Shown: piece after piece, positions 37,465-45,405 of the stretch
How positions within the stretch are numbered: position 1 is the stretch's first letter
How the letters are laid out: the number at the start of each line of letters is the position of its first letter
DNA from: an uncultured Armatimonadetes bacterium
GTDB lineage: Bacteria; Armatimonadota; UBA5829; DTJY01
Length of the DNA stretch: 64,000 nt
Direction of reading: 5' to 3'
Assembly: GCA_963717145.1 (NCBI GenBank)
Contig: OY970325.1
Location: forward strand, 4,864,001 to 4,928,000
The notes under the pieces: generated by a model
The model's database searches: none
What the model was told of the DNA's origin: nothing
Seen by the model: the letters and a program-made list of their open reading frames with translations, nothing else
Translations under genes and position numbers: made by a program

Positions 37465-39026
37465 CTCAACCTTTACGTACTGGACAACATCAGCACCATC
37501 TTCCCGCGCATAGAACTCGAATTCGACCGTCTTATCCTTCTGCACCACGGCTTTCTTCAGGATGAAGTCCACCAGGTGTTCCTTCTCTTCCTCCGTGCAG
37601 CCCGGAAACACAGTTGCGAACTCAGCGAAGACCTGCTGAGCCGCCTCTGCATCCACCGAGTCTGGCTTTGCCTCCTTCAGCCTGGTGCGAACGATGTTCA
37701 GTTGAGCCTTGATGGTGGCAAGCACATTCTCCAGTTCCGCAAGGCGCGTCTGGACTGATGTGCTAGCAAGGCCCTGCTCTATTGCACTCATGACGTTGCC
37801 GAGTTTGACCTCGACTTCCTTGCCACGTTGGACGAGGGCTTTCTCCTCCACCTCTATCTGCTCGGTGTTCTCGTCCGTCATGCATGCTTGAGCCGCAGCC
37901 CCCTCTATGAGCGTCCGATCCTCGGCTAACTTAGCGACAGTATCGCAGAACATCTCCTCTATGATGTCGGCATTCATTCGCCGAATATCGCAGTCGATCC
38001 CCCGGTACCTGCCGGTTCGGTAGCACTCATAGTATGGGGTATAGCCTTTCTTGCGGCGGGGATGATTCGTCGATCTTGGCACAAGGCGGCAGCCGCAATC
38101 GCCGCAGTAGATCTTGCCGACTAGATAGTAGCCATGAGGACTATCGATCCGGGGATGCCTGAATCCATCAGCGAACAAGCCCTGAACGAGATCAAAGACA
38201 TCGGCATCCACGATGGCAGGATGCGTACCCTCGACGCGTATCCCGTCATAGTTCAGTTCGCCCAGGTACACGCGGTTTCTCAGGATGTAGTCAACCTTCT
38301 GCCTGGACCATTCGCTGACCACGTCTTTGGTAGCATTCCGAAACTTGGGGCGCTTAGTCTGGGCTCCCAGGGCTATCAACCTGTCTCTCACAGCCCCAAG
38401 GCATTTGGTCTCAAGATAGGTCTCAAACATCAGTCTAACGATTGACGCCTCCCTTTCATTCGGAATGAGCTTCCCATCGAGTACATCATAGCCTAAGGCC
38501 AAATTGCCACCCGGCCATCTTCCCTGTCGGACCATTGCGGTCATCTTGTCTCTCGTTCTCTCTGCGACCATCTCGCGTTCGAGTTCGGCGAAGGTCAGAG
38601 CGATATTCCGCATAGCCCGTCCCATCGCGGTTGAGGTATCGAACTGCTCCTTGACCGAGATGAAGCTGACGCCATACTGCTCGAAGGTACGGTCGAGGTC
38701 AAAGAAGTCCGAAGGGACCTGGTGATCCGGTCCAGCTTGTAGGTCACCACCACGTCGAACTTCCCCATCTGGCAGTCCGCGAGAAGAGACTGTAGTCCGG
38801 GACGGTTTGTGTCCTTTCCGGAGAACCCGCCGTCCTCATAGAAGGCGACGATCTCCCAGTCGGGATGGACCGCTTGGATGTAGTTCCGAACGTAGTCCTT
38901 CTGAGACTCCAACGTGCTGTAGTCGCCCTCACTCTGCTCCACGGTCGAACAACGGCCATACGACACTGCTCGAACAACGCCCTTTCGCTCCATGTTGGCG
39001 CCACGCTTGGGTACTCTCTTGCGCAT
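37426..39026 (-). CDS. Large serine recombinase 1; apparent 1-nt frameshift near 38709
   Basis: YGRCST, DGGFSGKDTNRPGL, YKLDRITRS; one added G gives RSLRDFFDLDRTFEQYGVSFISVKEQFDTSTAMGR; recombinase domain, CGDCG zinc ribbon, coiled coil. Confidence 0.9.
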
Positions 39027-39027
39027 C

Positions 39028-40812
39028 TTATACTGCCTCCCCTTCTTCGGGCCAATCCAGGATGCCGAGCTCTCGCACTCGCTCCAGCGCCGTCCTCAGG
39101 CTGTCGCCGCCAACTATTCGCCATATCCGCATCCTCATATACACCACCGCTTGGACTCCTATGCCCATTAGCTTGGCTGTCTCTTCGCCGCCGTATCCAT
39201 CTACCAGCAATTGCAGGCACTCCATCTGCCGCTTGGTCGGAGGCGTTAGTCCAAGCGCCGTAGCTCGATGGGAGTAGTTGGGCGATGCCAGATGCTGGCA
39301 TGCCTTGAGAAGCATGAGCGGCGATGGGTCATCCGGGGCCAGTAAGCCGAGCGAGGCGGCCTTGGCTATTGCAGCTTCGCTACAGTGTGCTCCGAGCTTC
39401 ACCCGGATCCGGGCACGCCTGCCCGACACCGTCGATTCCGGAACACACAGTTCTTCCGCTATCTCAGGATCGGTCTTGCCGGCAGCCATCGCCTTGAGCA
39501 CCAGCATCTCCTGTGACTTGAGTGCACAGGCGTCCTCCTTTGGCTTGCCCCAGCGACCATCGAGTGGAAGGCAGTGCGCCCAGTCGGACAAGTACGGCTT
39601 GATCTTCTCAATGGCTTCCTCCAGTGATGTAACACCCAAGCCAACTATCGCATCCCTGCGATGCCTCTTTACGGTGCCAACCTTGACATTCCATCTGGCC
39701 GCGATCTGCGCGTTACTGTATCCATCGGCGGCGAGAGCGAGATAGGCCAACTGCCTGCGCCCCACGGGCGGCTTCTTGATGCCGTTCCTGGCCCGCTCCC
39801 ATTGCGAGTGCACCGGAAGCGTGAAATGGATCTCGTCGATGAACCTGATCTTAAGCTTGATCAGTGTCACGCTGTCCATGCGGCGGACTCGGATATGTTC
39901 TATCAGCATCTCGTAGACGGCACGGCGTTCTTTGGGAAGCATGGCCGACCACATAGTGGGGAAGTCGCGAAGCAGTTGTACGGCTCGGGACTGCTGGGCC
40001 TCCAGTGTCTCCAACCTGACGTGCACATTCTCCAACTCGGACAGGCGCGTGGTGATGAACGTCTTGCGGTCCGATACGGCCCTATCGTAGGCTGTCAGGG
40101 TGTCTAGCGATACCTCGTCCCTGGCAAACGCCCTGGAAAGCTCCTCCTTCTTGGAGTCAATCCTGGTAAGCTCAGACCGGAGACTCTCGGCTTCTGAATC
40201 GTGATCCTGGGGCAGCCGTTCCAGGATATCCTTTGCTACGGTCTCCGCTTTGTCCAGGACGAGCGGGTCTTGAGCGATCTTCATGATCTCGTGGTCGATT
40301 CGAGGCTCCAAGAACCCCGCAGGTATGTAAGGTCTCGACGCACATGGTATGCCGTGTCGCCGTGTATCCTCGCATCTGTACCCTCTGTAAGGGCCGTTGG
40401 GATGGACGATCCTCATTCGACCGCCGGATTCGTCGCAATACGTCAGCCGCGCGAGAGGGGCCTCCGCGCAAGACTCCGTTCTCGGCCCGAAATGCTTCCT
40501 TTTCTTCATCTCCTCCTGAATCTGGTAGTACACCGCTTCGTCGTAGATGCGGTTCTCGTGGTGTCTACCTGCTATGCATTTGCCGCCATGGCGGATCAAC
40601 CCCGCATTGAGAGGATTGCGTAGTATGCTCCGGACTACGTTCGGATGCCATCTTGGGCCACCCTTTGGGGCGGGGACTCCCTGCTGCTCCAATTCCCGGC
40701 AGATGTCAAGAAGCCCCAGCCCCCTCAGGTATGAATTGGCTATCTGGCGGATCACAGGTGTCTCTCGTTCATCAGGAGCGATACCCGGTCGGCGACTGGA
40801 GTTATTCATCAT
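39028..40812 (-). CDS. Serine recombinase 2, C-terminal part (recombinase, zinc ribbon, coiled coil) fused to three LuxR-type HTH domains
   Basis: W..VVRSILRNP..AG, G.H..I.DE..Y, LARLTYCDESGG.M, YRC; then ADGYSNAQIA..GTVKRH, AAGKTDPEIA..STVSGR, VDGYGGEETA..QAVVYM. Confidence 0.82.
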   Translation of the reverse strand: MMNNSSRRPGIAPDERETPVIRQIANSYLRGLGLLDICRELEQQGVPAPKGGPRWHPNVVRSILRNPLNAGLIRHGGKCIAGRHHENRIYDEAVYYQIQEEMKKRKHFGPRTESCAEAPLARLTYCDESGGRMRIVHPNGPYRGYRCEDTRRHGIPCASRPYIPAGFLEPRIDHEIMKIAQDPLVLDKAETVAKDILERLPQDHDSEAESLRSELTRIDSKKEELSRAFARDEVSLDTLTAYDRAVSDRKTFITTRLSELENVHVRLETLEAQQSRAVQLLRDFPTMWSAMLPKERRAVYEMLIEHIRVRRMDSVTLIKLKIRFIDEIHFTLPVHSQWERARNGIKKPPVGRRQLAYLALAADGYSNAQIAARWNVKVGTVKRHRRDAIVGLGVTSLEEAIEKIKPYLSDWAHCLPLDGRWGKPKEDACALKSQEMLVLKAMAAGKTDPEIAEELCVPESTVSGRRARIRVKLGAHCSEAAIAKAASLGLLAPDDPSPLMLLKACQHLASPNYSHRATALGLTPPTKRQMECLQLLVDGYGGEETAKLMGIGVQAVVYMRMRIWRIVGGDSLRTALERVRELGILDWPEEGEAV

Positions 40813-41383
40813 CCACCTCCCTTGCAGTTCGCCGCCAGCCGAAGCCGACCTGGCCGGTCGGATAGCCGTCCTCACGCCTTCTTGCCATCGCGGCTTTGAC
40901 ATTCTCTGCCGTGATATCCGAGAAGAGCTCGGCTGCCAATATGAGAATACCGGCGGCGAAACGACCCATCGAACGGCTTGTATCGATGCTATCCTGAACT
41001 GATATCAGCGTGACGTCGTACTTCAGGATATAGTCCTGTAAGAACTCATGCCAGACCCTGGCGTTGCGGCTCAACCTGTCGAGTCGCCAGAAGATGACTA
41101 CCGATACCTCCCCGTCGGCTATTGCCTGGACGAGCGCCGATAGACCCGGCCTGACGTTCTTTGCTGGCGATCCCGGCTTGGCGAAGCCGAGCTTTCCGCT
41201 GTAACCCTCATCAGCGAATACCTTGGCAGTGTAGTTGCCGGGCCCGAAGACGCGGTCCAGGTATTCACGGCATACTCGCTCTTGTTGCTCAAGAGAATAT
41301 CCGAAGTCCGCCTGTTCCGATGTGCTTACGCGGATTGGTATGCCAACCGAGGGTTGGCTACTTTCGTGTGCCAAAGACTTCAA
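40802..41383 (-). CDS. Serine recombinase 2, catalytic (resolvase) N-terminal part
   Basis: IRVSTSEQ, SLEQQ, DEGYSG, RPGL, WRLDRLSRN, IDTS..MGR; AAAGGAG RBS before the TTG. Confidence 0.88.
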   Translation of the reverse strand: MKSLAHESSQPSVGIPIRVSTSEQADFGYSLEQQERVCREYLDRVFGPGNYTAKVFADEGYSGKLGFAKPGSPAKNVRPGLSALVQAIADGEVSVVIFWRLDRLSRNARVWHEFLQDYILKYDVTLISVQDSIDTSRSMGRFAAGILILAAELFSDITAENVKAAMARRREDGYPTGQVGFGWRRTAREVDDE

Positions 41384-41813
41384 TTCCGGTTACTCCTTTC
41401 AGGTATTCGTGTGCACTTCGAATCACTCGCTGTTCGGCTGCAAAGATCAGGGAGCAGCCATGATTCTCGATGACATTCACAAGAAACTCGAGGCACAGAG
41501 CAAAGCGTCGAGCAATTCTATCCAAGCGGTGCACTATGACCACCTGGATCTCCCCCGTGGCCACGGCGGCAGCGAGGGCCGAAAGCCCCGGGCGGGCGTT
41601 GTCTTGGCACCGTTCAGGAACGGTAGAGCCTCGGTTTCCACCGAACCCGTCGTCGGTGTACACCTTGACCTGATAGCCTCCGGGACCGTACGCTTGGTCC
41701 AGGAAGTCGAGGCACACTCGCTCTTGGTCGACCAGAGAGCTTGCGTCGCCCAAACTCGCTGTTCGCCAGTACGGGCCCACACTGTCCAGGTTTTCGCTTT
41801 CAGAATTTTCCAT
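41358..41813 (-). CDS. Stand-alone resolvase-like domain with degenerate catalytic motif
   Basis: YWRTAS in place of YxRVS; SLVDQERVC, DDGFGG, RPGLSAL, HRLDRIAR; clear paralogue of 40802-41383. Confidence 0.75.
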   Translation of the reverse strand: MENSESENLDSVGPYWRTASLGDASSLVDQERVCLDFLDQAYGPGGYQVKVYTDDGFGGNRGSTVPERCQDNARPGLSALAAAVATGEIQVVIVHRLDRIARRFALCLEFLVNVIENHGCSLIFAAEQRVIRSAHEYLKGVTGIEVFGTRK

Positions 41814-41941
41814 CAGAACCTTCTCCTTCATAATACTACTTGGCGGCTTGTTTGTCAACACTTGACTATATATTACAACAAACGCCCGCTGTTTGATTCA
41901 AGAATGTGGCTTTACTGAGTGCATGAAGCCTGCTGTAATGA

Positions 41942-42067
41942 TTACTGCCGAGGTTCGATGACCCTTGGCTTGTCTCGCTGTCTAATGAGTCTGACAGCGA
42001 CCTGTGCTAGCAGTCTCGCCAAGCGTGCGTACAGCTCCGACTGACTATCCGGTACGCTACTGCTCAC
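41942..42067 (-). CDS. Small hypothetical protein (41 aa)
   Basis: AGGAGGGGGG RBS and GTG start; overlaps the stop of the upstream small ORF. Confidence 0.4.
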   Translation of the reverse strand: MSSSVPDSQSELYARLARLLAQVAVRLIRQRDKPRVIEPRQ

Positions 42068-42218
42068 TGCTCTCACCCCCCTCCTGTGCCTTCCGGGCCT
42101 CCAGGCGTTTCTTAGCCCGAAGGAGAATCTCCAGAGCACGGGCGTAGCGCTCGACGGCGTCTGGTGTCGGAACATACTTGATTGTTGCGGTGTATCCGCC
42201 TCGCGGCTTTCTGCCCAT
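42057..42218 (-). CDS. Small basic hypothetical protein (53 aa)
   Basis: MGRKPRGGYTATIKYVPTPDAVERYARALEILL..; same strand as, and upstream of, the recombinases. Confidence 0.5.
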   Translation of the reverse strand: MGRKPRGGYTATIKYVPTPDAVERYARALEILLRAKKRLEARKAQEGGESSEQ

Positions 42219-42240
42219 GATGACCCCACCGCCGGCTGAC

Positions 42241-42284
42241 AAACAAAAACCGCCGGCCACTACCCAAAGAATAGCGACCGGCGG
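42241..42284 (-). terminator. Intrinsic terminator-like hairpin
   Basis: Minus strand CCGCCGGTCGCTA-loop-TAGTGGCCGGCGG followed by TTTTTGTTT. Confidence 0.65.
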
Positions 42285-42344
42285 ATGGGGTGCCTCGACA
42301 ACGCTAGTGTGCACGCTAGCGTTGCCGATTTTTTGTTATAGGGT

Positions 42345-43355
42345 CTACAGGTTCAGCGATTCCCAGTCCCTCCTCAGTGTTCTCTCGTCTCGGCGGAAGA
42401 TGCCAGCATCGATCTCTTCTGCGGGATATCGATCGAGAAGGCTTTGGACCATCTCCACTATCAGACTCGGCGCATGCATCCGTCGGGCGACGTGCTGAAC
42501 TCGCACAGCATGATTCATCTGTGACTCGCCAGACGCCATTGCCTGTCGTATCTCTGAAGCGAGGCTTGCCCAATAGCTGAACTCATTGATCACTTGGATT
42601 ACGGAGTATCCGGCATCCCGCAGTTGTCGTAGCATCTCACGTCTGTGCTGCAGAAGCTCCGTAGTCTTCGATCCGCGAAACGTACGCGGGAGCTTGCTAA
42701 GTTGGATACCGTACTTAGCCCTGAGCCCGGATAGTTCACCAGTAACTTCCCGTATCGGCCGATTTCCAAATGGCGAGGTCGTGTTGACGTCGTTGGAGAG
42801 TATGGTAGCTACGCGGTTGATGTCTCCGTACCTGTATAGAGGTGTCCAGCCGTATTCCGGCAGGACAGGTGTAGGCAGCCGTTGGCGTTCCCTTTCGGTG
42901 GTTGTGCGCCAAACTAGCATCCCGAACCAGTACTCCCCGAGATCGGGCGGGGGATGAAGGCGCAGGCTGCCATCGTCGGCCATTGCATCATATGCCGCCT
43001 CCCAACTCCGGTCAATGGCTGTGAACTCCCTGTCCATACGCTCCGGATCGTAGCCGAAGACATCGCTGGCGGCTAGTCTGATGCGGCATATCTGATCGCG
43101 CTTGATCCAGCAGACCGGATGCACTTCGCCCGTCTTGGCCAAACGGGCCAGAATATGGAACGGATAGTTCAGAAACCAGATCCAGTCTTCATCTACCATC
43201 TCTCTCAGGTGCGTGGGAACACTAGCCTTAGTGAGCTGGATCTGATACTCCACGTATTGGGCTGCAGGATGACGATCTCCAAGTTCCTTGCTCAGTTGCT
43301 GTGCGAAATCCTGGGCCATTATCAGCTCATGGGGTCTGTCAGGCATGGGTGTCAT
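42345..43355 (-). CDS. Hypothetical protein, possibly with a C-terminal HTH
   Basis: 336-aa uninterrupted ORF ending ..DERTLRRDWESL. Confidence 0.6.
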   Translation of the reverse strand: MTPMPDRPHELIMAQDFAQQLSKELGDRHPAAQYVEYQIQLTKASVPTHLREMVDEDWIWFLNYPFHILARLAKTGEVHPVCWIKRDQICRIRLAASDVFGYDPERMDREFTAIDRSWEAAYDAMADDGSLRLHPPPDLGEYWFGMLVWRTTTERERQRLPTPVLPEYGWTPLYRYGDINRVATILSNDVNTTSPFGNRPIREVTGELSGLRAKYGIQLSKLPRTFRGSKTTELLQHRREMLRQLRDAGYSVIQVINEFSYWASLASEIRQAMASGESQMNHAVRVQHVARRMHAPSLIVEMVQSLLDRYPAEEIDAGIFRRDERTLRRDWESLNL

Positions 43356-43516
43356 CGTTTTACATCCTGGTGCTAAGCATCACCAATCTAGGGGTCTACT
43401 TTCCAGTCCCAATGCCTGCGGTGGCAGATACCTTCCAGCGCCGAGCTGTGAGCCAAGCGGTGGTTGATCGACCACGGGCTGCTACAGCATAGTAGAACAG
43501 GAAGGTGGTAGCGCTC

Positions 43517-43807
43517 TCATACGTGACGCTCAGATTGGGCCGCTGCCCCCTCAAGTAGCCAGCATGTAGAGCATTCCAGGGCGTCGGCTAGAGCCAGTAC
43601 TTCCAGATCAGAAACGAGCCTTGATCCGTTTTCGATGCGTGAGATATCCTGCCAAGCCGGGTTCCACATTCCGTTTGTGGCACGGGCGACTCGGGCACAG
43701 AGTTCATCCTGGACAATCCCAAGGTGATGACGGCGGTCCCTTACACGAGGGCCCACCTGGTTCATCTTCCCTTCACTGGTTCTAAGTCGAGCACCGCCAC
43801 GAGGCAT
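43517..43807 (-). CDS. XRE-family HTH regulator
   Basis: VGPRVRDRR..LG..QDEL, ISRIENGSR.V.D.E..ALADAL. Confidence 0.82.
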   Translation of the reverse strand: MPRGGARLRTSEGKMNQVGPRVRDRRHHLGIVQDELCARVARATNGMWNPAWQDISRIENGSRLVSDLEVLALADALECSTCWLLEGAAAQSERHV

Positions 43808-43809
43808 CT

Positions 43810-45405
43810 CTAGCAGCCTGTCTGAGAATTCCCCGCTATGTGGGTGAGTTTCCCATCTGCGGGGTCGCGCTGGCTGCTGTTCGATAGTGTTTTTCGCCGG
43901 ATTTCCGGCGAGGGTCTGTAAAGACCCCTTGTACCTTGATAATCAGCCTGATCCAGGTCATATATCTACGTATCGAAGATCGATTTCCGGTCGCCGTATC
44001 GGTATAGCTTCAGCATGTTGTGCCCAAGACACGCAAGCGTCCACTCCGACTTCGCTTTCGCAAGGCCTCGGAGTAGGAAGCCTCGGAAGTTCCGTGCGCT
44101 CTTGATCTGGCCGAACACCGGCTCTACCGTCTCCTTCCGCCTCCCGTAGATCTTTCGGCCAAGAGGAGTCAAGAGCTTTGCTCTCTGGCGATCTGCGGCG
44201 GATTGCTTTGCCGGATCAAGGCAGGAAGGCGCCGTCGGCTCTTTGCCATGACGTTGTCTGTCAGGCGGTATATAAGCGTCGATCCCTTGCTGCTCGACCA
44301 TCTCTATGTTGTCGCTGCTGAAGTATCCGGCATCGGCGGATAGTTCTTCCGGTTTCTTTCCGGTGTTCTCCTTGATTGCCTCGATCATGTCACTAAGATG
44401 CGGTGAGTCCGCTGCCTGGTTCGTGAGATCACACGCCACTACAATCTGATGATCTGCGTCTACCGCAGCTTGTCCGTTGTATGCCTGCACGAAGGCTTTC
44501 TTTGCGTCCTTCATTATCCGGCTTTCCGGGTCTGTGAAGTTCCGCTGTGCCTTCCCTTCCGGCTCTGTCTTTACGGGCCCCGGCTCTCTGCCGCGAGGCT
44601 TCTTCCCGGATGCTTCCTGCTCCGCCTTCTCTTGGGCTCGCATCGCTTCTTCGGCTGATGCTCGCTCTTTGGCCTCGCGCTCCAGCGCTTCTTTTGCTTC
44701 CCTGATCTTGGCGAGCCGCTTCTCTCTGGTTGCGAGTTCCTCCGGGAGTTCGTCTCCTCGGCGGTCAAGACCATATTCCGCGTCTTCCTGGTCGTCCACA
44801 GAAAGACCCTTCGCAAGGAGCGCCTCGATCTCAGCCTGAAGCTCTTTTTCTTTCTCGACCATCCGAGAGTAGCTCATGGCGGAGTGCTTGCTTGCGTTGG
44901 CAAGCAGCTTTGTTCCGTCTATGGCTATGTGTTTCATCGACACAAGCCCGGCGCTTGCGCATAGCCTGAGCACTTGCACAAACAGGTCCGCAAGGGACTT
45001 GAGATGCCTCTTCCTGAACTCGCTTATCGTGCGGAAGTCGGGATGATTTCCTGCCGCAAGCACCCGGAAGGCTACATCTTCATACGTGGCCAGGGAGAGC
45101 TTTCGAGATGAATACACTCCCCGGCACAAACCGTAGAATATGATCTTTGTAAGCATTGCCGGATGGAACGGCGGCGCTCCTCGGGCCTCTTTCTCGTATG
45201 AGGCGTATATCGCGGAAAGGTCGAGTCCGTCTACGACATCGCTCACAAAGTATGCGAGATGTCCTTGGGGAAGCCACTCCGAGATCGACGGCGGCATCAA
45301 GAATATCTGGTCGGGTTGATAAGGAAGGTATGGCTTGCTCATACCAGTATTTTACTATATATCTGGCACCTTGTGCCAGAGGTTATTTCGTGGACAGGCT
45401 GCTAG
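43810..45405 (-). mobile_element. IS1182-family element
   Basis: CTAGCAGCCTGTC (43810-43822) and GACAGGCTGCTAG (45393-45405), i.e. inverted repeats including flanking CTAG. Confidence 0.9.
43966..45342 (-). CDS. IS1182 family transposase
   Basis: HLAYFV, GAPPFHP, SSRKL, PDFRTISEFR, IDGTK..ANASK, TDPESRIM, ADAGY, RKETVEPVFGQIK. Confidence 0.95.
   Translation of the reverse strand: MSKPYLPYQPDQIFLMPPSISEWLPQGHLAYFVSDVVDGLDLSAIYASYEKEARGAPPFHPAMLTKIIFYGLCRGVYSSRKLSLATYEDVAFRVLAAGNHPDFRTISEFRKRHLKSLADLFVQVLRLCASAGLVSMKHIAIDGTKLLANASKHSAMSYSRMVEKEKELQAEIEALLAKGLSVDDQEDAEYGLDRRGDELPEELATREKRLAKIREAKEALEREAKERASAEEAMRAQEKAEQEASGKKPRGREPGPVKTEPEGKAQRNFTDPESRIMKDAKKAFVQAYNGQAAVDADHQIVVACDLTNQAADSPHLSDMIEAIKENTGKKPEELSADAGYFSSDNIEMVEQQGIDAYIPPDRQRHGKEPTAPSCLDPAKQSAADRQRAKLLTPLGRKIYGRRKETVEPVFGQIKSARNFRGFLLRGLAKAKSEWTLACLGHNMLKLYRYGDRKSIFDT

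Noticed and set aside
38700-38720. Recombinase 1 as a split or dead gene
   Set aside because: A single added G gives a canonical continuous catalytic domain, and there is no other decay.
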